Source: Actinomycetales bacterium
GTDB taxonomy: Bacteria; Actinomycetota; Actinomycetes; Actinomycetales; Dermatophilaceae
Length of the DNA stretch: 64,000 nucleotides
Direction: 5' to 3'
NCBI GenBank assembly: GCA_038330045.1
Contig: JBBQNO010000002.1
Span: 21,635 to 85,634 of the forward strand
The notes under the pieces were generated by a model, which saw nothing but the letters and a program-made list of their open reading frames with translations, was not told the DNA's origin and did no database searches. The position numbers and the translations under genes are program-made. Below, piece after piece: positions 38,755 to 48,785 of this stretch (the first letter of the stretch is position 1; each line of letters starts with the position of its first letter).

Positions 38755-39774
38755 ATGACGCAGCGCCGACCACAGGAGAGCCTGCCGACGGTCGAGGAAC
38801 TGCTCGAGGCGGCCCATGTGGTCGATCTTCCGCTGCGCGTGCCGTTTCGCAACATCGCCAGCCGTCAAACGATGCTCCTTCGTGGTCCGCGGGGGTGGGC
38901 CGAGTTCGGGCCTTTCGGTGAGTATGCCGACGCCGAAGCCGCCACCTGGCTGCGGTCGGCGATCGAGTCCGGGTGGGGTGACCCTGTGCCGACCATGCGG
39001 GATACCATCGAGGTCAATGCCACGGTGCCAGCGGTGCTGACGGGCGAGGTGCCGCGCATACTGGATGCCTTTCCTGGCTGCACGACGGCCAAGGTCAAGG
39101 TGGCTCAGTGGGGGCAGGGGCTCGAAGACGACCTCGCCCGGGTCAGCGCAGTCCGGGACCGACTCGGCCCTGGCGCGAAGGTGCGGGTGGACGCGAACGG
39201 GGCCTGGGATCTGCAGCAGGCGAGGCGCGCGCTGGCCGCCCTGTCGGCATACGACCTGGAGTATGCCGAGCAGCCCGTCGCCGATGTCGCGGACTTGGCG
39301 CGGCTCCGGGTAGCGCTCGCTGCCAGCGGCATCGACGTGCCGATCGCAGCCGACGAGTCGATTCGCCGAGCCGCCGACCCCATGCTCGTCGCGACGATGG
39401 AGGCGGCAGACCTCATCGTGGTCAAAGTGGCGCCACTGGGGGGAGTGAGCGCAGCGCTACAGATCGTGGCCGACTGTGGGTTGCCCGCGGTCGTCTCCTC
39501 AGCCCTCGACAGCTCGGTGGGTATCGCCGCCGGGGTGGCGCTGGCCTGCGCTTTGCCGGAGCTGCGTCACGCGTGCGGCCTGGGCACCGTGGCCCTGTTC
39601 GACGGCGACGTGTGCGCCGATCCGTTGCTGGTCACCGACGGGGTGCTGCGACGCAGTGATGCCGCGCGGGCTGTGCAGGCGGTTGATCCCAATCTTCTGC
39701 TGCGCTACCGCGCCCAACCAGAGATCACGTCGTGGTGGCACGATCGTGTTCGCCGCTGCCGCGAGTTGCTCTGA
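38755..39774 (+). CDS. menC: o-succinylbenzoate synthase
   Basis: GWAEFGPF, KVKVA, RVDANG, EQP, AADES, KVAPLGG, SSALD (enolase superfamily). Confidence 0.92.
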   Translation: MTQRRPQESLPTVEELLEAAHVVDLPLRVPFRNIASRQTMLLRGPRGWAEFGPFGEYADAEAATWLRSAIESGWGDPVPTMRDTIEVNATVPAVLTGEVPRILDAFPGCTTAKVKVAQWGQGLEDDLARVSAVRDRLGPGAKVRVDANGAWDLQQARRALAALSAYDLEYAEQPVADVADLARLRVALAASGIDVPIAADESIRRAADPMLVATMEAADLIVVKVAPLGGVSAALQIVADCGLPAVVSSALDSSVGIAAGVALACALPELRHACGLGTVALFDGDVCADPLLVTDGVLRRSDAARAVQAVDPNLLLRYRAQPEITSWWHDRVRRCRELL

Positions 39775-39804
39775 CGAACCCCGCCTGAATAGACGCTGTC
39801 GCTG

Positions 39805-39870
39805 ATTGCGCCGTCGATCGTGCGTTGCGTATTGCTGCAGCGATACGCAATGCACGAAACGCAGCGCAAT
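39805..39870. terminator. Long hairpin downstream of menC (terminator or structured RNA)
   Basis: cgtgcgttgcgtattgc-tgca-gcgatacgcaatgcacg core with two G-U pairs, plus outer attgcgc/gcgcaat arms. Confidence 0.55.
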
Positions 39871-39898
39871 TCCGCGAGGGCGGCGAATGAGCGGTGAA

Positions 39899-39957
39899 TT
39901 TACGTCACGGAAACACGGGGAACGTGCCGGAAACATCGTGGGTCACTTCGCCGTAAC
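39899..39957 (+). promoter_or_regulatory. GlnR-box-like sites upstream of amt
   Basis: Three pairs: tttac-n6-gaaac, ggaac-n6-gaaac, gtcac-n6-gtaac. They resemble the gTnAc-n6-GaAAc GlnR consensus. Confidence 0.6.
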
Positions 39958-40028
39958 ACCGTCGTCGGACACTTCCTTCATTGGTGCGCACCATCGGGCC
40001 GCACCCCGAAAATTTCAGGAGACACTTC

Positions 40029-41294
40029 ATGGAACTCACGTCTGGCGACGTTTGGGTGATGGTGTCAGCGGCTCTGGTGCTGTTGATGACCCCCGGTCTT
40101 GCGTTCTTCTACGGCGGGCTGACCCGCGCCAAAGCATCCCTGAACATGATGATGATGAGCTTCGTCTCGATCGGTATGGTCGGGGTCATCTGGGTGCTGT
40201 GGGGGTACTCGATGAGCGGGGGTGACTCCGAACTGTGGGGAGTCTTCGGTAGCCCGTTCACCTCGTTCGGTATGTCGGACCTCATCGGCACCAGCGACCT
40301 CATCGGCGCTGGCTTCGGTGCGACCTTCGCGATTATCACGGTGGCCCTCATCAGCGGTGCGGTCGCGGACCGTACCAAGTTCGGCGCCTGGATGGTCTTC
40401 GTGCCGATCTGGGTCACGCTCGTCTACTGCCCGCTGGCCTATATGGTCTGGGGTGGCGGCCTGCTCAGCGCTGACGGGTGGATCGGTCAGACCTTCGGAG
40501 AGGCCATCGACTACGCCGGTGGCACCGTGGTTCACATCAACGCCGGTGTGGCTGCGCTCGTGCTCGTCTACATCATTGGCCAGCGCGCCGGCTTCGGAAA
40601 GATGGGCTTCCACAAGCCGCATAACGTTCCGCTCGTCATGCTCGGTGCTGCACTGCTGTGGTTCGGTTGGTTCGGATTCAACGGTGGCGCCTCGAGTACC
40701 AGCGAAGAAGCCGGTCTGATCTGGGTCAACACGCTCGTCGCTCCGGCTGCCGCCATGCTGGGATGGTTGCTGGTCGAGCGCATCCGCGACAGTCGCCCGA
40801 CCTCGGTCGGTGCAGCCTCTGGTGTCGTTGCCGGGCTAGTCGCGATCACGCCAGCGTGCGCCAACCTCAGCCCCGTCGGATCAATTGCTCTCGGCGTCGT
40901 GGCCGGTGCGGTGTCCGCACTGGCGATCGGTCTGAAGTACAAGTTCGGGTATGACGACGCGCTGGATGTCGTCGGTGTGCACCTTGTTGCCGGGCTGATT
41001 GGCACCGTCGGAATCGGCTTCTTGATGCTGCCCACGGATGGTGTCGGCGGGGGCCTGTTCTATGGCGGAGGCTTCGACCAGCTTGTCGCCCAGGTCGTGG
41101 CCGCAGGGTTCACGATCGTCTTCACCGGCTTCTTGACCCTGGTCATCGGTTTGGCTATTGCCAAGACCATCGGCTTCCGTATCTCGGTCGAAGACGAAGA
41201 GCGCGGGGTTGACCTTGCCGTGCACGGTGAAACGGCCTACGAGTTCGAGTCGACCAGCGCCGTCGCCTCGGACAAGAGCACCGTTTCGGTCTGA
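40029..41294 (+). CDS. amt: Ammonium transporter
   Basis: [56 protein letters not shown]. Confidence 0.96.
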   Translation: MELTSGDVWVMVSAALVLLMTPGLAFFYGGLTRAKASLNMMMMSFVSIGMVGVIWVLWGYSMSGGDSELWGVFGSPFTSFGMSDLIGTSDLIGAGFGATFAIITVALISGAVADRTKFGAWMVFVPIWVTLVYCPLAYMVWGGGLLSADGWIGQTFGEAIDYAGGTVVHINAGVAALVLVYIIGQRAGFGKMGFHKPHNVPLVMLGAALLWFGWFGFNGGASSTSEEAGLIWVNTLVAPAAAMLGWLLVERIRDSRPTSVGAASGVVAGLVAITPACANLSPVGSIALGVVAGAVSALAIGLKYKFGYDDALDVVGVHLVAGLIGTVGIGFLMLPTDGVGGGLFYGGGFDQLVAQVVAAGFTIVFTGFLTLVIGLAIAKTIGFRISVEDEERGVDLAVHGETAYEFESTSAVASDKSTVSV

Positions 41295-41484
41295 TCGACT
41301 GCCTGTACGTCGTACCTTTAAGCCACAGCGGGCGTTGCAGCACGAGTTGCGACGCCCGCTACGGCGTATCACCCCGGCCGCTGAAGCGATATCCTTAATG
41401 CGTTCCTGTGTCCACACGATCGGTCTTCCGGTGACGCGCTTGTCGCGCGTGGGCGCTTCCGTTGATGAGGTAGAGGTGTTTCGA

Positions 41485-41886
41485 GTGCCCACGGGCAAGG
41501 TCAGGTTCTTTAACGAAGACAAGGGCTTCGGTTTCCTCTCCAGCGACGAAGGCGAGGATGTCTACGTCCACGCCAGCGCCCTGCCTAAGGGAACTGAGGC
41601 GTTGCAGCGAGGCGCGCGCGTTGAGTTCGACATCGCGCAAGGTCGCCGTGGGGACCAAGCTCTGAGCGTGCGACTGCTCGAGCCGGCACCGTCCGTGGCC
41701 AAGACCATGGCGATCCGAGACCGCAAACCGGCTGATGAGATGGCCGTCGTGGTCGAAGACCTTATTGCGGTGCTCGATCACGCTGGCATATCGTTGCGCC
41801 GCGGGAAGTACCCCGATGCCAAGGTGTCGGCGGCATTGTCCAAAACCCTGCGCGCCGTGGCCGATCAGTTCGACGCCGGGGCCTAA
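41485..41886 (+). CDS. Cold-shock domain protein with C-terminal extension
   Basis: [14 protein letters not shown] and DVYVHAS RNP motifs, then RKPADEM..IAVL helical tail. Confidence 0.9.
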   Translation: MPTGKVRFFNEDKGFGFLSSDEGEDVYVHASALPKGTEALQRGARVEFDIAQGRRGDQALSVRLLEPAPSVAKTMAIRDRKPADEMAVVVEDLIAVLDHAGISLRRGKYPDAKVSAALSKTLRAVADQFDAGA

Positions 41887-41889
41887 GAC

Positions 41890-42633
41890 ATGCCCACGCT
41901 GAAAGCGGACGCCACGTTGTCTGGTGCCATCGAGGTTGCTCGGCTGGCAGCCGTAGAGATTGCCGAGCCGGGAGCCGTCGGTGACCATCTCGGCGTCGAG
42001 ATGGATGCGGAACGCTTGGCCACGCACTTCTTCGCGTGCGTCGCGCCCGGCTATCCCGGGTGGACGTGGGCGATCACGTTGGCTCGGCCGCCCCGCGGCC
42101 GTAAGCCCACCGTCTGCGAGACGCATTTGGTGCCCGGGATGAAGTCGATGGTTTCCCCGGTCTGGTTGCCGTATGCCGAGCGGCTGGCACCCGGGGACAT
42201 CGGCACCGGCGACCGGACGCCATACGTGGACGAAGACCCGCTCCTGGTGGCTGGCTTCGAGGCCACTGGTGACGACGACGTCGACGAGGTCGGTTTCTTC
42301 GAGTTGGGCCTAGGACGGCCACGGGTGCTCTCTGCCCACGGGCGTGAGCAAGCCGCGCGGCGCTGGTATGAAGGCGACCGGGGCCCCACCGCCGAAGGCG
42401 CCCGCAGCGCTCCCGCACCGTGCAACACATGCGGATTCTTCGTACCTATCGCGGGCATGCTGCGCTCGCTGTTCGGGGTCTGCGCAAATGCCTGGTCACC
42501 CAGCGACGCGTCCGTGGTGAGCATCGACCACGGCTGCGGCGCGCACAGCGAAGTCGACCTAGAAGCGCGGCCGGCACCGGTCGTCGAGGCGCCAGTGCTC
42601 GACGATTTGGCGGTCGACTTGGTGGAGCGCTAA
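41890..42633 (+). CDS. DUF3027 family protein
   Basis: GYPGWTWAITL, WLPYAERLAPGD, CNTCGF, FGVCAN and DHGCGAHSE metal-binding tail. Confidence 0.85.
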   Translation: MPTLKADATLSGAIEVARLAAVEIAEPGAVGDHLGVEMDAERLATHFFACVAPGYPGWTWAITLARPPRGRKPTVCETHLVPGMKSMVSPVWLPYAERLAPGDIGTGDRTPYVDEDPLLVAGFEATGDDDVDEVGFFELGLGRPRVLSAHGREQAARRWYEGDRGPTAEGARSAPAPCNTCGFFVPIAGMLRSLFGVCANAWSPSDASVVSIDHGCGAHSEVDLEARPAPVVEAPVLDDLAVDLVER

Positions 42634-42881
42634 GCCTCTGCCGCGTTGCCGCGCCCCCGCACCACGTATATGTGACCCAAGAGTCCCACCGCCAATGCCG
42701 CTACCGGGACCCAGCGCCACCACCATTGATCGCCAGTCGATAGGGCCGGAACGGTCCACACGACGATCAGCGCGATCACCCATACCGCCAAGCCGATGCG
42801 CACCACAACCAACGACGCGATGGGCACGGTCATCGGCACGATCTGCGGCTCCGAACCCTGCGGCAATTCGCCTGTACCCAT
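42630..42881 (-). CDS. DUF2530-type small membrane protein
   Basis: Two TM helices with GLAVWVIAL...WWRW..ALAVGLLG; typical position after DUF3027. Confidence 0.7.
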   Translation of the reverse strand: MGTGELPQGSEPQIVPMTVPIASLVVVRIGLAVWVIALIVVWTVPALSTGDQWWWRWVPVAALAVGLLGHIYVVRGRGNAAEA

Positions 42882-42978
42882 ACGGCAACTCTAGACACAC
42901 CGATTGACTCGATCGCTTCGCGCACGCTTGATCCGATTCTGCCCACCAAATGGAGGTGCCAGCGGACCTGAAGGAATA

Positions 42979-42993
42979 GTTAGCCAGGCTAAC
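42979..42993. promoter_or_regulatory. Perfect palindrome, probable MarR autoregulatory operator
   Basis: GTTAGCC-A-GGCTAAC, 14 nt upstream of the MarR start. Confidence 0.6.
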
Positions 42994-43007
42994 GAGTTTG
43001 CCTATCA

Positions 43008-43460
43008 GTGACGCCTTCTCCCTCGACCACATCATGGCCCGGTTCCGGGTACTCAGCCACCCTGGCGCACGATCTTCGACTAGCGTGCATGCGCGTGGCC
43101 CGCCGGGTGCGTTTCGAGTCGGCCGCAGAGATTGCTCCGCATCAGTTCAGCGTGCTCGCCCGGTTGGACACGGCCCCCACCTCCGTCGGCGATCTCGCTG
43201 CTCAAGAGCAAATCAGTGCCCCCAGCATGAGCCGCACCGTGACTGGCCTGGACAAGCTCGGGTGCGTCGAGCGCAGCGCCGATCCCAGCGACGGCCGGGT
43301 GGTGCTCGTCGCGTTGACCGAGCGGGGCTCGCAGGTCCTCGCGGTCGAACGCGCCCATCGCGACGCGTGGATGTCGGCGCGGCTGGAAGACATGAGCCTG
43401 CAGGAGCAAGAGATCTTGCGACAGGCGACGGAGCTGCTGGAGCGCGTGGTGGCTCGATGA
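43008..43460 (+). CDS. MarR family transcriptional regulator
   Basis: QFSVLARL, ISAPSMSRTV and DPSDGRVVLV winged helix. Confidence 0.9.
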   Translation: MTPSPSTTSWPGSGYSATLAHDLRLACMRVARRVRFESAAEIAPHQFSVLARLDTAPTSVGDLAAQEQISAPSMSRTVTGLDKLGCVERSADPSDGRVVLVALTERGSQVLAVERAHRDAWMSARLEDMSLQEQEILRQATELLERVVAR

Positions 43461-44743
43461 GCGCGATGTTTGCTGCGCTGTCGGTGCGCAACTACCGGGT
43501 GTATGCCGCCGGAGCGCTCATCTCCAACACCGGCACCTGGATGGGGCGCGTGGCCCAAGACTGGGTCGTGCTGACCGAGTTGACGAACAACTCAGCTCAG
43601 GCGCTCGGCATCGTCACCGGCCTACAGTTCTTGCCTATGCTGCTCTTGGCACCGCTCGGGGGCGCGCTGTCGGATCGGTTCCCCAAACGCAGGCTGATGT
43701 TTATCACTCAGGGCGTCATGGTCCTCACGGCCGTGGCCATGGGGGTGTTGGTGCTCTCCGGGGCGATGGAGCTGTGGCATATGTACGTGCTGGCCTTCCT
43801 GCAAGGCGCGGCGGCAGCGCTCGACGCCCCCGCGCGGCAGTCCATTGTCTCTGAGTTGGTGCCACCGGAGAGATTGACCAACGCGGTGGGTCTCAACAGT
43901 GCTTCCTTCAACAGCGGCCGCCTGATCGGGCCCGCGGTGGCCGGGTTGCTGATCGCGTGGGTCGGGACAGGGCCGACGTTGCTGGTCAACGCTGCGACCT
44001 TCGTGGCGGTGATGATCGCGCTGTTCATGCTCGACCCGTCCCAGTTGCGGCTTACACCGCGCAGCAAAGGTGGTCGCGGCCAGATCCGCGAGGGCGTGCG
44101 CTACGTGCGTGGCCGCCCCGACATCATGCTGATCATGGCGTTGGTCTTCGTGCACGGCACCTTCGGGTTGAACTTCCAACTGACCAACGCCCTGATGGCC
44201 ACTGAGGTCTTTGATCGTGGCGTCAAAGAGTTTGGTCTGCTCGGCTCGGTGATGGCGATCGGGTCACTGTCCGGAGCGCTGCTCGCGGCGCGGCGTGAGC
44301 GCCCCCGCTGGCGGATGTTGCTGGGGGCTATGGCCGCGTTCACCGTGTTCACTGCCGTGCTGGCTTTCGCTCCGACATTTCAGATGTATGCGGTGCTGCT
44401 CGTGCCTACCGGCCTTGCGGCGCTGACCGTGATGGTCACCGCCAACTCCATGGTCCAGTTGAGCGTGGACTCGCACGTCCGGGGCCGGGTGATGTCGCTC
44501 TATATGGCGGTGTTCTTTGGAGGTACGCCGCTAGGCGCACCGCTGATCGGGTGGATCGGCGACACATTTGGTGCGCGCTGGACGATCGGCATCGGCACGT
44601 TGATGTGCGGGCTGGCGGTCACTGCTGCCACTGTGTACCTCATGCGCACCGACCGCCTTCATCTGCGCCGCGGGCCCTCTTGGTCTGAGCCGGTTGTTGT
44701 CGAACGCGACAACCTTCAGGCCATGCCGGAACAGGCGCGCTGA
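43457..44743 (+). CDS. MFS transporter (DHA3/transmembrane secretion effector type)
   Basis: RNYRVY..SNTGTWM..VAQDW, GGALSDRFPKRRL, RGRVMSLY. Start overlaps the MarR stop (ATGA). Confidence 0.92.
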   Translation: MSAMFAALSVRNYRVYAAGALISNTGTWMGRVAQDWVVLTELTNNSAQALGIVTGLQFLPMLLLAPLGGALSDRFPKRRLMFITQGVMVLTAVAMGVLVLSGAMELWHMYVLAFLQGAAAALDAPARQSIVSELVPPERLTNAVGLNSASFNSGRLIGPAVAGLLIAWVGTGPTLLVNAATFVAVMIALFMLDPSQLRLTPRSKGGRGQIREGVRYVRGRPDIMLIMALVFVHGTFGLNFQLTNALMATEVFDRGVKEFGLLGSVMAIGSLSGALLAARRERPRWRMLLGAMAAFTVFTAVLAFAPTFQMYAVLLVPTGLAALTVMVTANSMVQLSVDSHVRGRVMSLYMAVFFGGTPLGAPLIGWIGDTFGARWTIGIGTLMCGLAVTAATVYLMRTDRLHLRRGPSWSEPVVVERDNLQAMPEQAR

Positions 44744-44842
44744 TGGGCCCCCGGAGCCGGCGGCTCGTCGTCATCGTGGCCCTGATCGCTATGCTCGCCA
44801 CCGTGATTATCACCAGCCTCGCCCAATGATGTCTTGCCGCGC

Positions 44843-46675
44843 ATGACCTTCACCACGCGACCGACCTTGCAAGGCACCTTCGGGATGGTCTCGAGCACCC
44901 ACTGGATAGCCTCCACTGCGGCCATGGGCATCCTCGAGCGCGGCGGCAATGCCTTCGACGCGGCGGTCTGTGCCGGGTTTGTCCTGCACGTCGTCGAGCC
45001 TCACCTCAACGGACCTGGTGGCGATCTGCCGGCGATCGTCAGCAACCCCGGCGGTGTCGGCGCCCAGGTCTTGTGCGGCCAAGGCCCGGCTCCCATCGGT
45101 GCCACGGCCACACACTTCGGCGAAGCCGGGATGAATGTCGTGCCGGGCTCGGGCCTGCTGGCAGCGGCGGTGCCGGGTGCCTTCGACGCGTGGATGGTGC
45201 TGCTGCGCGATCGGGGCAGCATGCGCGTGGCCGAGGTGCTGGCTCCCGCCGAGCACTACGCCCGCCACGGTCATCCGGTGTTGCCAGCGGCCAGCCGCAC
45301 TATCGACGCTGTTCGCGACGTGTTCGCCACGCACTGGCCCACCTCGGCGCAGGCCTGGCTGACTCAGGGTCGGGCCCCAGAGGCAGGGTCGCTGCACCGC
45401 AACGTGGCGTGGGCCGACACCGTGGCTGCCTTGATCGCCGAAGGATCTTCACCGGGGGCGACCCGAGAGCAGCAGATCGAGGCGACTCGGCGCGCGTGGA
45501 GTTCTGGCTTTGTGGCTGAGGCCATCCATGAGTTTGTGCAGGCCCCGTACTGGCACTCTGGCGGCCACGTGCTTCCGGGGGTGCTCACCGGGGCTGACCT
45601 GTCGGCATACGAGGCGACGTGGGAAGCCCCTGTGCTGCTGGACTGGCACGGCTATCAGGTGGCCAAGACGGGGTTGTGGGGCCAAGGGCCCGCCCTGCTG
45701 CAGATGCTCGCGATGGGGGCAGCGGGCAGCCCTACGGGATCGATGGACAGCGTCGAGGGCGTGCACAGCGTTGCTGAACGCTGGAAGTTGGCGATGGCCG
45801 ACCGGGAGGCTTGGTATGGCGACAGTCCGGTCCCCGGCACGTCGCGGGCGCAGTGGTCGGCTGAGCGCGACCACCTCCTGACTGATCTGCTCTCCGGTGA
45901 CTACGCCCGCATGCGGGCGACCCAGGTCACCGACACCGCTAGCCATACGGTGCGTCCGGGTCATCCCGGCGAACGCACGCCCGCGATGGCGGCGCTGGCC
46001 TTGCGCGCAGCCGACGATATGGGGGCCGCACGAAGTGCCTCCGTGGGCGAGCCGACGGTAGCCCGGACCGCTGCGATCAACCCACCCGGCGGAGACACCT
46101 GTCACGTCGATGTCGTTGATCGCTGGGGCAACATGATCGCGGCGACACCGTCGGGAGGGTGGCTGCAGTCCTCGCCGACCATCCCCAGCCTCGGCTTCGC
46201 GTTGGGCACGCGACTCCAAATGATGTGGCTCGAGCAAGGGCTGCCGTCGTCGTTGGTGCCCGGTGCACGTCCGCGCACCACGTTGGCCCCCACCATGGTG
46301 CTGCGCGAAGCCCGCCCCGTGTTGGCCTGTGGCAGCCCCGGCGGGGACCAGCAAGATCAGTGGCAGTCGGTGTTCTTGATCCGGCACCTCATGGAAGGTG
46401 CCACGCTCCAAGAAGCCATCGACGCCCCGATGTTCCACACCCTGAGTTTTCCTTCGTCTTTCGACCCACGGGTTGTTGAGCCGGGGGTGTTGGTTGCCGA
46501 AGACCGCCTGGGTGAGACGGTGCTAGGCGGTCTCGAGGCGCGTGGGCATGTCGTGCAGCGAGCTGGCGATTGGGCGTTGTCGCGGATGTGCGCGGTGGCG
46601 CGCGATCCGCATACGGGATTGCTCAGTGCAGGCGCCAATCCGCGCGGCATGCAGGGGTATGCCGTAGGGCGCTAG
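44843..46675 (+). CDS. ggt: Gamma-glutamyltransferase family (Ntn hydrolase)
   Basis: GGNAFDAA, HLNGPGGD, nucleophile Thr in GGDTCH, PRTTLAP, GSPGGDQQ. Confidence 0.9.
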   Translation: MTFTTRPTLQGTFGMVSSTHWIASTAAMGILERGGNAFDAAVCAGFVLHVVEPHLNGPGGDLPAIVSNPGGVGAQVLCGQGPAPIGATATHFGEAGMNVVPGSGLLAAAVPGAFDAWMVLLRDRGSMRVAEVLAPAEHYARHGHPVLPAASRTIDAVRDVFATHWPTSAQAWLTQGRAPEAGSLHRNVAWADTVAALIAEGSSPGATREQQIEATRRAWSSGFVAEAIHEFVQAPYWHSGGHVLPGVLTGADLSAYEATWEAPVLLDWHGYQVAKTGLWGQGPALLQMLAMGAAGSPTGSMDSVEGVHSVAERWKLAMADREAWYGDSPVPGTSRAQWSAERDHLLTDLLSGDYARMRATQVTDTASHTVRPGHPGERTPAMAALALRAADDMGAARSASVGEPTVARTAAINPPGGDTCHVDVVDRWGNMIAATPSGGWLQSSPTIPSLGFALGTRLQMMWLEQGLPSSLVPGARPRTTLAPTMVLREARPVLACGSPGGDQQDQWQSVFLIRHLMEGATLQEAIDAPMFHTLSFPSSFDPRVVEPGVLVAEDRLGETVLGGLEARGHVVQRAGDWALSRMCAVARDPHTGLLSAGANPRGMQGYAVGR

Positions 46676-47172
46676 TCCTGTTGGGGGTCGGGACCGTCGG
46701 GGGAAGTGGGCTCGGTCCGGGACAGTTTGATGTCGGCCTGAGCGTGTCGCTGCGGCCCTTTGCGCCGGGGTGTGGAGCGACGCTTGGCGGCCCCGCGGAT
46801 GCGCTGCACGGGTGTGGGCTCGTCCATGGGCTTGACTCGCTTGCCCAAGTCCGCGTTCTTCAGGAGCAGGCTAAAGGGTGCCGACGTGCGCGGGTGCACC
46901 GCGATGGGTTCGTTGCCAGAGAAGACCACCCAGTGCGAAGCGTTGAGGTGGAAAACCTGGAGCGTCGAGCCGTCGATCACGGTGTCGGCGTGCTGCACGG
47001 CCTTCTTGTGCTGATTGCCCTTGTCGACCTTGGCCTGCACATACCGCTCGGCGGGCTCACGTTGCGATTTAACCTGATCCCACACCTTCGGCCCGTATCG
47101 ACGCGAGGCTTCGTAGACCAACGGCCCATACTTCAGCGCCGCACCAACCGCCTTGCCTTTGCCAGCCACCAC
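46672..47172 (-). CDS. Hypothetical protein
   Basis: 166-aa ORF filling the gap between ggt and pdxH with an AGGAGAGG RBS; no recognised motif. Confidence 0.7.
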   Translation of the reverse strand: MVAGKGKAVGAALKYGPLVYEASRRYGPKVWDQVKSQREPAERYVQAKVDKGNQHKKAVQHADTVIDGSTLQVFHLNASHWVVFSGNEPIAVHPRTSAPFSLLLKNADLGKRVKPMDEPTPVQRIRGAAKRRSTPRRKGPQRHAQADIKLSRTEPTSPDGPDPQQD

Positions 47173-47210
47173 GTTGTCCTCTCCTGAACTTCAATGAACC
47201 TCCACCCTAA

Positions 47211-47966
47211 GTGCCCGCCCTCTCCTTCGGGGGAGCGGTGGCCGATGATGGACATATGGCACTCGATGATGGGCAGATGGCGCTTGCTGGCCGCACGGAC
47301 TACGACGGGCACGGGTTGGTTGAAGACGAACTTGCCGCGACGCCCCTGGAACAGATCAGCACGTGGGTGCAGGAGGCCAGCGCTCGGCACGCAGAGCACG
47401 GCGATGTTCCGGAGCCCATGGCCTTGTCCGTGGCCACGGTCGACGCCGGGGGCCAACCCGACGTACGCACCGTGCTGATGCGGTTTTTAGAGTCGCGAGG
47501 CATCGGCTTCTTGACCAACACCGGCTCGGCCAAGGGGCTGCAGATCGCCGACAACGAGCGGATCGCTGCTTCGTTGACCTGGCCGTCGATGTTTCGGTCG
47601 ATCCGGTTCCGCGGGGTGGCTGTCGCGGTCTCGGCAGACGACGTGTTGGGCTACTTCGCAGCGCGGCCGTGGGCCTCACGCATCAGCGCGTGGGCCTCAG
47701 CCCAATCCCAGCCGTGCGAGTCCAGGGAGTCGCTGGAGACGGCATACCAGATGTATGTCGATCGCTTCCCTGACCATGGAGCCGTCGACGACGTGCCGGT
47801 CCCGCCGCTGTGGGGCGGGTACTGGCTGGAGCCGCACCGAGTCGAGTTCTGGGCCGGGCGTCCCAACCGGCTTCACGATCGGCTTATCTTCAACCTCAAA
47901 GACTTCGCCGGGCCCGGGAATCTTGGCGAGACCGACGCATGGACCGTGCAGCGCCTGCAGCCCTAG
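47211..47966 (+). CDS. pdxH: Pyridoxamine 5'-phosphate oxidase
   Basis: RTVLMR, TNTGSAKG, YFAARPWASRISAWASAQS, WGGY, EFWAGRPNRLHDR. Start is uncertain, probably 47238-47277. Confidence 0.93.
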   Translation: MPALSFGGAVADDGHMALDDGQMALAGRTDYDGHGLVEDELAATPLEQISTWVQEASARHAEHGDVPEPMALSVATVDAGGQPDVRTVLMRFLESRGIGFLTNTGSAKGLQIADNERIAASLTWPSMFRSIRFRGVAVAVSADDVLGYFAARPWASRISAWASAQSQPCESRESLETAYQMYVDRFPDHGAVDDVPVPPLWGGYWLEPHRVEFWAGRPNRLHDRLIFNLKDFAGPGNLGETDAWTVQRLQP

Positions 47967-48056
47967 GTCTGCGGCACGCAGCGGAGCCCTCGCCGATGGG
48001 CCAACAGCGGGTGGGCAATCTAGACTCGCCTGACGCCGACCTCGGAAGGGAACTGC

Positions 48057-48761
48057 ATGAGCGATCTGATCGACACCACCGAGATGTACCTCAAAGCGAT
48101 CTATGAGTTGATCGAGGATGGGGTGGTCCCGATGCGTGCCCGGATCGCTGAGCGCTTGGATCATTCCGGCCCGACCGTCAGCCAGACAGTCGCCCGGATG
48201 GAGCGCGACGACCTCCTGCACCTCGAGGAAGACCGGCATCTCACGTTCACGGCGTTGGGTGAAGAGCGAGCCATGCGGGTCATGCGCAAACACCGCCTTG
48301 CCGAGCGCCTCCTCGTGGACGTCATCGGCCTCGAGGAGGCCTACGTGCACGAGGAGGCGTGCCGATGGGAGCACGTGATGAGCGAACGGGTCGAGGCGCG
48401 GATCTTGACCCTCATCGGAGACCCTGAGTTTTCGCCCTACGGCAACCCCATCCCGGGACTGGCTGAGCTCGGGTGGGACTCGGGTGACGAAGCGGGCGCT
48501 GCCGCCGGAGTCCCGGTCACTCAGGTGGTGGAAGCTGGCGCTAGCCGGGCTCAGATCGAACGCATCGGTGAGCCAGCACAGGTTGATCCCGAGTCCTTAG
48601 ACGTGTTGCTGCGCAGCGGCGTCGTCCCTGGAGCCGCGGTGACAGTCTCTGCCGAAGGTGATCGCATCCGCCTCTGCGCCGTAGGTCATCACGCCATCAC
48701 CGTGCCGACTGATGTCGCCGCCCACCTGTTTGCCACGGCCACCCTGGGCGACTCGTTGTAA
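48057..48761 (+). CDS. ideR: DtxR/IdeR family metal-dependent repressor
   Basis: LIDTTEMYLKAIY, RARIAERL..SGPTVSQTVARM, RKHRLAERLL, HEEACRWEHVMS, SPYGNPIPG. Confidence 0.93.
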   Translation: MSDLIDTTEMYLKAIYELIEDGVVPMRARIAERLDHSGPTVSQTVARMERDDLLHLEEDRHLTFTALGEERAMRVMRKHRLAERLLVDVIGLEEAYVHEEACRWEHVMSERVEARILTLIGDPEFSPYGNPIPGLAELGWDSGDEAGAAAGVPVTQVVEAGASRAQIERIGEPAQVDPESLDVLLRSGVVPGAAVTVSAEGDRIRLCAVGHHAITVPTDVAAHLFATATLGDSL

Positions 48762-48785
48762 GAGGCGTGTCCCACAACGCAACTG

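Noticed and set aside
42979-42993. GTTAGCCAGGCTAAC as an IdeR/DtxR box
   Set aside because: It does not fit the 19-bp TTAGGTTAGSCTAACCTAA spacing, and its position right before a MarR gene favours MarR autoregulation.
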